This document shows positions 20,415 through 28,361 of a stretch of DNA of 64,000 nt, in pieces. Both the position numbers and the translations under genes were made by a program. The notes beneath the pieces were generated by a model. That model saw only the letters and a list, made by a program, of their open reading frames with translations. It did not search any database and was not told the DNA's origin. This DNA comes from a virus. The stretch lies in IMG/VR virus record IMGVR_UViG_3300049783_001054, positions 12,287 to 76,286 of that record; one strand, 5' to 3'. Each line of letters starts with the position of its first letter. Position 1 is the first letter of the stretch.

Positions 20415-20445
20415 AAAAAAAGTCCCCGATCTTTCGACCGGGGAC
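20415..20445 (-). terminator. Rho-independent terminator
   Basis: GTCCCCG/CGGGGAC stem with T-run on the minus strand after the RNR stop. Confidence 0.75.
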
Positions 20446-20453
20446 AGGATAGG

Positions 20454-22778
20454 TTAACCACATTTACTATGTCCACAGTCTGCACATACAGGGCATCCCT
20501 CAGACAAGTGAACATTGAAACCTTTGCAACTAACGCATTGCATAGGTCTTTCAACATTGGGTTGAGAGTCAAAATTAACTACTTCTTCAATTTTGATATT
20601 TTCACCATTTTGAAGGAAATCTAAATGACGCTTTAGTGTCTTACCGAGAAGAGCAATAAACGATGGTACATACTCACCATCAACCCAAGCTCCACCATTT
20701 GGGTCCATAATTGATTTAAGATCTTCAATTACAAACTCAATATCACCACCTCTACGGAAGATTGAACTCATCATCCGAGTAAGGGCTGTAGTCCACTGAA
20801 AGTGAGACATATCCTGAGTGTTGATGAAAATCTCAAATGGGATTACACGACCATCAACATCATGATGATTGTTAATGGTGACATACACATTTGTATTGTC
20901 CCACTTTAATTTGTAAGTTTGACCATTGAGAATTCTCTCACGGACAATAGGATCTTCTTTAAATAAAGGAAGTTCAGATGATGTTTCTACCTTCTCTGGT
21001 TCAATAGAAAGAACAGACCCTGTGACTTCATTAGGACGATAAGTTGTACATCCTTTACATCCCATATCATATGCACTTAAATAAATGTATGCAAAATCTT
21101 CAAATGAAATATCTTTAGGGCAGTTAATAGTTTTAGAGATTGAAGAATCTACCCACCTTTGAACTGCGGCTTGCATAACAAGATGGTCTCGTGGAGTTAG
21201 AGTTTGAGCGGTGACAAGATGCTCTGGAGAAGGGTCTTTATCATAACCTGCGTTTTCTCTCCATTCACGATGTAGCTTTACAGCATAATCTTCCACTAAT
21301 TCCTCAGTTTTAGATCCATCTTTTTGGGTAACTTTACGAATGTAGCTTGTAGCAAAAATTGGTTCAATACCCGAAGAGATATTACCAGCAAGTAGACTGA
21401 TAGTCCCAGTTGGAGCAATAGATGTTAGTAGAGCATTTCTAATACCATGCTCAAGAACACCATTTTTAATATCCATTGGCATAAGTCTCATAAAACCAGA
21501 TCTAATAAAAGCTTCTCTTTGTCCAATTGTTTCTGTTACTGGGCAAGGACCAAGTGTCTTAGCTAATTCAATGGACTTACGGTAAGCTGAAAGTGTAATA
21601 ATCTGCATTACACTTTCTGCAATTTCTACAGCATCTTTAGATCCATAAGTTTTATTGAGCATAAATAACATATCAGCAAGACCAGTAATACCTAGTCCCA
21701 TACGTCTTTTATATAAAGCTTCTTCTTTTTGCTTTTCAATTGGGAATTGACTCACATCAATAACTTTATCTAACATCTCTACAGCTTGTTCTGTTAAATA
21801 CTCTAATTTAGCAGCATCAATATAAGCATACTCTTCAAAGCTATCAACTACAATTTTAGTAAGATTTATTGAACCAAGAAGGCAAGCACCATAAGGAGGC
21901 AATGGCTGTTCACCACAAGGGTTAGTAGCTGCAATATACTCTTCATAGTACAAATTATTCATATTATTGATTCGATCAATAAACAGAACACCCGGTTCAG
22001 CATAGTGATATGTAGCTTCCATCATCAGTTTCCAGAGAGCTTGAGCACTGATAACCTCATAAATCCATTTACCGTCTTGGTTCTGACCAAGTGAGAAATC
22101 TACAGGTTTAACAGTATGTACTAACTCCCATGGGAGATCATTTTTTACTGCATCCATGAATTTATCAGTAGCAAGCACAGACACATTAAACATACGAAGA
22201 CGTAGTTTATCCTGCTTTGCAACAACAAAGGCTTCAATGTCTGGGTGGTCACATCTCATGGTTGCCATCATAGCTCCACGTCGTGTCCCTGCTGACATGA
22301 TTGTACGGCACATAGAATCCCACACATCCATGTAAGTTAGAGGGCCTGAAGCATCAGCGTCAACACCCTTTACAGGAGCGTTCTTAGGTCTAAGAGGGCT
22401 AAAGTCATACCCAATACCACCGCCTTGCTGCATAGTCAGAGCAGCCTCTTTAAGCATATCAAAGATACCAACCATAGAGTCTGGGATTGTACCCATAACA
22501 TAGCAATTAAATAGAGTAACATTTCTACCACTTCCAGCACCTGCAATGATTCTACCAGCAGGGATAAACTGAAAGTTTTCTAAAGCTTTGTAATGCTCAT
22601 CGCGTTTAGCTCCGTTAGTAATTCCAGTTTTTGGCTCTGTTGCACAAGCATTTGCAATTCGACGCCAAGTATCTTTAATGTTTGTATCATTTGTGATCTC
22701 TGGATTTGGGGTAATCAATCTGTATTTTGCATTCCAGATTTGTTCACAAATTGGTTGTGGAAATGAATTATTTTTCAT
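20454..22778 (-). CDS. nrdJ: Class II (B12-dependent) ribonucleotide reductase
   Basis: PAGRI, TLFNCYV, TNPCGEQ, APTGTIS and KGCTTYR motifs; C-terminal TSCPD-like region with Cys zinc ribbon; no nrdB partner in the window. Confidence 0.92.
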   Translation of the reverse strand: MKNNSFPQPICEQIWNAKYRLITPNPEITNDTNIKDTWRRIANACATEPKTGITNGAKRDEHYKALENFQFIPAGRIIAGAGSGRNVTLFNCYVMGTIPDSMVGIFDMLKEAALTMQQGGGIGYDFSPLRPKNAPVKGVDADASGPLTYMDVWDSMCRTIMSAGTRRGAMMATMRCDHPDIEAFVVAKQDKLRLRMFNVSVLATDKFMDAVKNDLPWELVHTVKPVDFSLGQNQDGKWIYEVISAQALWKLMMEATYHYAEPGVLFIDRINNMNNLYYEEYIAATNPCGEQPLPPYGACLLGSINLTKIVVDSFEEYAYIDAAKLEYLTEQAVEMLDKVIDVSQFPIEKQKEEALYKRRMGLGITGLADMLFMLNKTYGSKDAVEIAESVMQIITLSAYRKSIELAKTLGPCPVTETIGQREAFIRSGFMRLMPMDIKNGVLEHGIRNALLTSIAPTGTISLLAGNISSGIEPIFATSYIRKVTQKDGSKTEELVEDYAVKLHREWRENAGYDKDPSPEHLVTAQTLTPRDHLVMQAAVQRWVDSSISKTINCPKDISFEDFAYIYLSAYDMGCKGCTTYRPNEVTGSVLSIEPEKVETSSELPLFKEDPIVRERILNGQTYKLKWDNTNVYVTINNHHDVDGRVIPFEIFINTQDMSHFQWTTALTRMMSSIFRRGGDIEFVIEDLKSIMDPNGGAWVDGEYVPSFIALLGKTLKRHLDFLQNGENIKIEEVVNFDSQPNVERPMQCVSCKGFNVHLSEGCPVCADCGHSKCG

Positions 22779-22833
22779 TCTATCTTCCTTGTTTAGCAGG
22801 TCTAAAGGGATTGTCTGTGTAAACAATTTGGTT

Positions 22834-22872
22834 AAAAAAGAAAAGCCTCTACCTAACATAGGCAGAGGCTTT
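22834..22872 (-). terminator. Rho-independent terminator
   Basis: AAGCCTCT/AGAGGCTT stem with TTTTCTTTTTT tail. Confidence 0.75.
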
Positions 22873-22875
22873 AAT

Positions 22876-23262
22876 TTAAAATGTTCCCCAGAATTTAGCA
22901 GTATCTGGGAGGTAAGGTTTCCAAGCAGTATCAAAAAATAGATTGCAATCCTGTTTTACATAAGGGTAAAACAATTCAGCAATATCTTTATCTTTGAAAC
23001 CAGAAAGACCAGTACCCACTCTAGTTACTTGATATTGTTTACTGCCATTACTGATCTGGGCATAATTAACAAATCGTTTAATATGTTTAGAAATACGATA
23101 CAGAGACATTGAAGTAATGTTTAAACCTTTTGTAGGTAGTGCATAACAATCACCTGTCATACCTTCTCCTACTCCCATGACTGCACCTTTATTTTTGTGA
23201 GCATAACGTGCTGCACCAGCACCATGAAAGCCACTTAGATTTGACCCAAATACAAAAATCAT
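22876..23262 (-). CDS. A1S_2505-family phage protein
   Basis: IFVFGSNLSGFHGAGAA...YALPTK...VTRVGTGLSG signature. Confidence 0.75.
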   Translation of the reverse strand: MIFVFGSNLSGFHGAGAARYAHKNKGAVMGVGEGMTGDCYALPTKGLNITSMSLYRISKHIKRFVNYAQISNGSKQYQVTRVGTGLSGFKDKDIAELFYPYVKQDCNLFFDTAWKPYLPDTAKFWGTF

Positions 23263-23266
23263 TTGA

Positions 23267-23776
23267 TCATTCTTTCTCTAGGATTTTTAGGATTTCTGTT
23301 TGCATGTCTAAATCATCCATACCTGCAAAGTTAAAAACTGGGATACGATAATGATTAGCCATACGAAGAGCTTGACCAGTACCACCATAAATTTTACCGT
23401 GGTTTGTCCAACAAATAATAAACTCTGTAGGTGTTTTAAGATCAAGACCAAGAACCTGATAAGCATTTCTACCCATAAAGTCTCTTCCACGGTCTCCTAC
23501 ATTTGACCAACAGGGGTGAAACTTACTAGCTAAAAGTCTTGCTTCTTTTTTAACAGTAAATAGTGGGGATTCATTTTGATTGAATTCTTGTCTAGGTAGA
23601 TAAATTTCTTTTCGGCCAATAGTTACATCACATCCTTCTTCAAATGCTGTATCTGCACCTTTTGCACCTCCTGATCTAAGAGTGTGTTTTTGTTTTGCCA
23701 TTAAATTTGCAAAACTATACATCTTTTTAAGAACGTCAGGGGGTGTTTCTTGAGAACCAATACCAGTATAAATCAT
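23267..23776 (-). CDS. SLOG (DprA/Smf-like) nucleotide-binding protein
   Basis: YTGIGSQETP, LRSGGAKGADTAFE and GGTGQA motifs. Confidence 0.8.
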   Translation of the reverse strand: MIYTGIGSQETPPDVLKKMYSFANLMAKQKHTLRSGGAKGADTAFEEGCDVTIGRKEIYLPRQEFNQNESPLFTVKKEARLLASKFHPCWSNVGDRGRDFMGRNAYQVLGLDLKTPTEFIICWTNHGKIYGGTGQALRMANHYRIPVFNFAGMDDLDMQTEILKILEKE

Positions 23777-23793
23777 AATTTTATATATCTCAT

Positions 23794-24177
23794 TTATTGT
23801 GAATGTTCACATACTGTTTGTGGATAGCTTTTATTACAAATGATTTTTTCTAATTTTCTGTTGTCTCTTCGACGTTGGTTTTCTTTGTGAGTTACCATTT
23901 CAAGATGATCTTGGTTCACACACATTCGGTTATTACAAAGATGATCCACTTGTTTTTTTCCCGGCACAAAACCATGCTTGTTTACAAATGATACAATGTG
24001 AACTGCTACGGTTTGACCATCAAGAGACATTCGAGGGTATCCACCTCCTCTACCACTTCCTGAGTCTGAGCCTTGCCAAAGATAACATGGGCTTAACTTA
24101 TTATTTAGTAAAAAACCTAGATGCCGGACAACTACATTGGCCATGATTTTATCTTGGATCGTGGTTCTCCGGCACAT
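23794..24177 (-). CDS. HNH endonuclease
   Basis: DHLCNNRMCVNQDHLEMVTHKEN His-Me finger. Confidence 0.88.
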   Translation of the reverse strand: MCRRTTIQDKIMANVVVRHLGFLLNNKLSPCYLWQGSDSGSGRGGGYPRMSLDGQTVAVHIVSFVNKHGFVPGKKQVDHLCNNRMCVNQDHLEMVTHKENQRRRDNRKLEKIICNKSYPQTVCEHSQ

Positions 24178-24179
24178 AG

Positions 24180-24776
24180 TTAAAGCTCCGAAGTAATTAG
24201 ACGACGACCAACAAAAACACCTTTAGAGTGGGTAAATCTTGTATCTACCTCTTCAACAATATAGATATTATTACTTTCAGAAACAAGAATATCACCTTTT
24301 TGGATAAACACATTAGGAGGAATTTTATAATGACAGCTATACATAGAGTTTATTCCTTTTACTTTAAAAGTAATAGGAAAAACTTCTTTCAACTCTTCTG
24401 GTTTAAAAGTTTTTACTTGACCTCCACGAGTTTCAATAACAATATTACCAATAGATGTTTTGGTCAAATAAACTCCAATAGTGTAGGGGATAGGATGAAT
24501 AGTTTCATACTCACGAGGAGTAGTAGCAGTAGGGGTATGTGACATAATATAATTAAATCCTTGTGTGATTGGTTTTCTATCCCAAGCTGTAAATTCTTTA
24601 CCCAAACGAATTTGAGTACCATGAGCACGTTCAGGTTCGTTGTAATCTCGTTTAACTACAGGATTAAACTTACTGTTTGCATACTTAGCAATTACTCTAT
24701 CGGTGGTACTAACACTCAAAACAATGAGTGGAGTCCAACCTCGGTTTAGTCTAACAACATCACCTATTTTATGCAT
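24180..24776 (-). CDS. Hypothetical protein
   Basis: 198 aa ORF in operon context. Confidence 0.7.
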   Translation of the reverse strand: MHKIGDVVRLNRGWTPLIVLSVSTTDRVIAKYANSKFNPVVKRDYNEPERAHGTQIRLGKEFTAWDRKPITQGFNYIMSHTPTATTPREYETIHPIPYTIGVYLTKTSIGNIVIETRGGQVKTFKPEELKEVFPITFKVKGINSMYSCHYKIPPNVFIQKGDILVSESNNIYIVEEVDTRFTHSKGVFVGRRLITSEL

Positions 24777-24924
24777 TTTACATTTTCATCTCTCTTCTTT
24801 TTGTATGTCTGATATTTAAAAACCAAAAAGAAGAGGTACATGATTTTAGATATTTATCTTGTAATACCTCTTATATTAAGTTTAATGTGCTCAAATTCTT
24901 TTTATAAATTAAAGGGGTATAATC

Positions 24925-25218
24925 ATGCCTGAAAAAACTGGACAAGCAAACTCAAATTGGAGTGAAGTTACAGGTAGTGCTGTACTTAAATTGATCCTTC
25001 ATAATCTTGGTGGGGGTGTTCTTGAATTTGCTTTTGGAGATACAGGAGTAGATCCTGTAGAAACTGATTCTAGGTTTAAAATTTCATACTCAGCAAATAA
25101 CACAAGTGCTGTATCTGGAGTTGTTGCTGATCTATTTCCGGGCATGGGAACTAAGGATAGAATTTTTGTTAGATCTATGTCCACTGGGGGTACTGATTAT
25201 AGTATTGGATGGGAATAA
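24925..25218 (+). CDS. Hypothetical protein (counter-oriented cassette)
   Basis: AAGGGG RBS; 97 aa, beta-rich composition. Confidence 0.7.
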   Translation: MPEKTGQANSNWSEVTGSAVLKLILHNLGGGVLEFAFGDTGVDPVETDSRFKISYSANNTSAVSGVVADLFPGMGTKDRIFVRSMSTGGTDYSIGWE

Positions 25219-26015
25219 TGAGGAATTTTATTGGGTTCGGTAATATAGGAATGGGGCTGATGCGCTGGACTGCCACGTCTACGCTCTTCGACTTTACGTT
25301 TGGGCAGACGGACTGGCTTGTGCGGGATCATGACGCCATCAACGCTTACGACGATGGCACGCTGTATTTCCCCAATAGTCTTGGTGCAGGGTATCCTCCC
25401 GATTATCTCCAAGCAGACGCAGCCCAAAAACCGACTATCGAAACCCACGTTGCAAGCGGGATTAAATGGCTGAAGTCTGATCAATCGTCAGACACAGCCA
25501 CCGGAACAGCGCACTTAACTTCTGCGAGCAATACTCACATCGTAAATACGGACGTGTTCGTCGTCTTAAAGCGTCTTCCGTCTCCTAACAAATCCCGGAT
25601 GTGGGCTGGTAAAATTGGCCAAGTTTACAATGCTGTTGGGTTCTGGTTTAGTGGCCTGCTAAAAGCGTGGAATTTTACTGCGAGTAGGGCGGATGGCGTG
25701 GTGGAGACGCCAGAAGACACTTGGATGGTCTTGCACCTCGCAACTAGCAATGCAGGCCTTTACTCTTTTTACAGGATCTACGACAGCGCAGGTGTTTTAA
25801 TTGACGAGAGGCATGACGACACCAAATCGTGGGGTGGGGATTACGAAGCCCTGATGGCAGGTGTGGAGGGTGCCGCTACGCCTCTGCTCTCCGGCCATTG
25901 CGGTATTGCGCGGATGCTTGTGTTTGACACTTCTACAACCGTTCCCACCGAGTCCCAGCGTACGGACATTATCGAGGCGTTGTGCCTAGAGTACGCCGTC
26001 CCGCTGAATACGTGA
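25209..26015 (+). CDS. Putative lectin/LamG-like virion accessory protein, GC-rich
   Basis: 268 aa; QA..A.KP...G..WL..D pattern seen in phage tail lectin modules; visibly higher GC than flanks. Confidence 0.5.
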   Translation: MGIMRNFIGFGNIGMGLMRWTATSTLFDFTFGQTDWLVRDHDAINAYDDGTLYFPNSLGAGYPPDYLQADAAQKPTIETHVASGIKWLKSDQSSDTATGTAHLTSASNTHIVNTDVFVVLKRLPSPNKSRMWAGKIGQVYNAVGFWFSGLLKAWNFTASRADGVVETPEDTWMVLHLATSNAGLYSFYRIYDSAGVLIDERHDDTKSWGGDYEALMAGVEGAATPLLSGHCGIARMLVFDTSTTVPTESQRTDIIEALCLEYAVPLNT

Positions 26016-26029
26016 GAGGGATAGATGTA

Positions 26030-26548
26030 ATGAACAGGATTAATAAAATCTTTATAGATGCTGCTGTTGGTTTTTACGTCGCGGCATGGCAACTGTTTAT
26101 TGGCGTTGGGAAATATGGAAATGTTATTGTAGATAGTATTATGGAAGCAATTCGTCGTTTGCCATATTTGTTAAATGATTTGGGAAAATCAGATGGAGAT
26201 ACAAAACCAAGTGTTTATAACGCTGCAAACACATCTCTAAGTCATATTGCTATTGGTTTATGGACGGCTCTTGGTGCTTCAACTCTAGGTGCCCCAGTTT
26301 GGGTAGCTGTTTTGATTGGATTTACTCCTTGGGGAGTAGTTTGGGAAGGAATCCAATATCATCGTATGCCTACTGTTAGAGTGTTACGTGACACAATGTT
26401 AGGTGACAACCCATCTTACCTAGCTGGTGCATTAGCTATGTCTTTAGTTTGGGAGTATGGTTTTATCGCTTGGTTAAGTATGACCCCTATTTTGATTATT
26501 GTAGCTGGAATTGTAGGTATAAGTTTTGGTAGGGTACCACCTAAATAA
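26030..26548 (+). CDS. Multi-pass membrane protein
   Basis: Several hydrophobic segments; probable start MNRINK after GAGAGGG. Confidence 0.65.
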   Translation: MNRINKIFIDAAVGFYVAAWQLFIGVGKYGNVIVDSIMEAIRRLPYLLNDLGKSDGDTKPSVYNAANTSLSHIAIGLWTALGASTLGAPVWVAVLIGFTPWGVVWEGIQYHRMPTVRVLRDTMLGDNPSYLAGALAMSLVWEYGFIAWLSMTPILIIVAGIVGISFGRVPPK

Positions 26549-26553
26549 AAATT

Positions 26554-26595
26554 AAAAACCTCCCGGATTTAATTATCCGGGAGGTTAACTTTTTT
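26554..26595. terminator. Bidirectional terminator
   Basis: AACCTCCCGGAT/ATCCGGGAGGTT stem flanked by A- and T-runs between convergent genes. Confidence 0.85.
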
Positions 26596-28345
26596 AAGTA
26601 GGAGTATTATTGAAGATAATAGTTTCTTCATTAAGATTGAAACCAAGAGCATTCCAAGATTTCTTCTTTTTCTTTTTAAATGCCCAAAGTTTGGCATACT
26701 CTTTAGTATTATAGAAGAATCGAGCTTCTTCAATAATAGTATGAGTCTTTTCAGTAGTATTTTTAATTTCCATCATTGGAACAATTTCCTCATCTTTCTT
26801 AGGTTCAACAATTGGAAGTTCTTCAGAAACTGGAGAAGCTTCACCATGTTTAACCATAACAACAGTTTGTCCATAATTTTTCAAGCTATCCGTAAGAACT
26901 ACAGCATCTACAATAGACAAATTAGACCTAATAGGATTATTGAATCTACGTTCAGCAATATTCTTAGATTCAACAAGACTTAACTTATTACATGCACGGA
27001 TACCTTTAATCAAACTAATAAATTTATTATTAGCGTTGGTAACATAAACATCATACTTTTGTTCATTCAACTTTTTATATTCCACACAAAACTTTTCATA
27101 GTCATGCTTCTCCATCCAACGAGAAATCGAACGAGTCGAAGTGTTGAAAGTCTTAGCAACATTAGTTTTGGTTTCATTCTTTGAAAGAAGAATGAATGCT
27201 TCATACACATCCTTGGGAAGACCCATAGTATCAGCAAACTCAGTATTTGCTTTAACCTGTCGAGCCTTTTCAAGAACATTCACAGTTTTAGATTCTTCAA
27301 CAAGTTCAACTTTATCTTCAGAAAGAGACTTTCCATTAGTAGGCTTTTGATCTTCAATAGGAGAAGTCACTTTATTGATTTCAAGATTAACTACTTTCAA
27401 AATATCTTTATCTTGAACAAAGATTTCTTCAAAAGGCTGAATATGAGTACCGTTTACAGCACTAGCGATAAGCTGTTCAAAGCTCTGATCACCAGAAACA
27501 TGATTACCGCTTGTTACAGTTTTGTGAGTATTCGCACTCATCATACCAATGATATCATAGGAACAAACACGAGCCTTGGTATCTTCTCCTTGTGGTACAG
27601 CGATGAAATTCTCAGGATCAACAAGAACAATGAGAGTTTTATCTCCATAAAAACTACCAAGGTATCCAAGATTTGCAACATGCAAACCAGTAGAGCAAGA
27701 ATTATGGCGACTTGAATCAACTAAATCTACTCGCATAGAAACACGAGAACCAACACGCTGTTTGATAATCTTAGTATGACAATCTGTTACGTAACCTTCA
27801 TCACTGCTGGCAATAACACGCTTATAAGCAATAATTCGGCCACTGTTTGTCAAAGGCATTTCAGACTTTTTGATGAACTTCATCAAATCTTCTCCAGAAT
27901 GCTTACGAGCCTGAATGACAGGTGCCAGACGCTTAAAGAAGTTGATGACAGAAGGACTGCCATCAGCGGCTGCACGAGCCATATGGGCCTGTAGGTTGTC
28001 GATGTGAGGGATGACAACCTTATTTTCTCCTACAGTTACCTCTACAGCCATAACAGTTGGGAAGAACACACCTTGCACAGTCTTACCATTGATAATGTGA
28101 GTCATGACAATACCAGCCTTAGCCATATCATCGAGATTCATTGCAGGTGCAACTTTAATGTATTTAGAGAGATCAATATCAACCGGGGACTTACCAGTAA
28201 GAAGCGGAGAAATAAAATCACTGATTTTGTTGGTGTCATAAATACCAGTAAAAGCCATATCAATGATTTCACCTGTTGCAGTAAAAATAGTAATTTTAGA
28301 ATTACTAGCAAGCATAGACATTACTTGTTTGACGTTTGTGGTCAT
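26594..28345 (-). CDS. rIIB: rIIB-like protein with HTH and embedded bL12-CTD-like domain
   Basis: G.IIAYKRV, CSTGLHV and LVDPENFIAVP...KARVCSY rIIB motifs; directly follows rIIA. Confidence 0.88.
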   Translation of the reverse strand: MTTNVKQVMSMLASNSKITIFTATGEIIDMAFTGIYDTNKISDFISPLLTGKSPVDIDLSKYIKVAPAMNLDDMAKAGIVMTHIINGKTVQGVFFPTVMAVEVTVGENKVVIPHIDNLQAHMARAAADGSPSVINFFKRLAPVIQARKHSGEDLMKFIKKSEMPLTNSGRIIAYKRVIASSDEGYVTDCHTKIIKQRVGSRVSMRVDLVDSSRHNSCSTGLHVANLGYLGSFYGDKTLIVLVDPENFIAVPQGEDTKARVCSYDIIGMMSANTHKTVTSGNHVSGDQSFEQLIASAVNGTHIQPFEEIFVQDKDILKVVNLEINKVTSPIEDQKPTNGKSLSEDKVELVEESKTVNVLEKARQVKANTEFADTMGLPKDVYEAFILLSKNETKTNVAKTFNTSTRSISRWMEKHDYEKFCVEYKKLNEQKYDVYVTNANNKFISLIKGIRACNKLSLVESKNIAERRFNNPIRSNLSIVDAVVLTDSLKNYGQTVVMVKHGEASPVSEELPIVEPKKDEEIVPMMEIKNTTEKTHTIIEEARFFYNTKEYAKLWAFKKKKKKSWNALGFNLNEETIIFNNTPT

Positions 28346-28361
28346 TAGATTTTCCTTTGGT

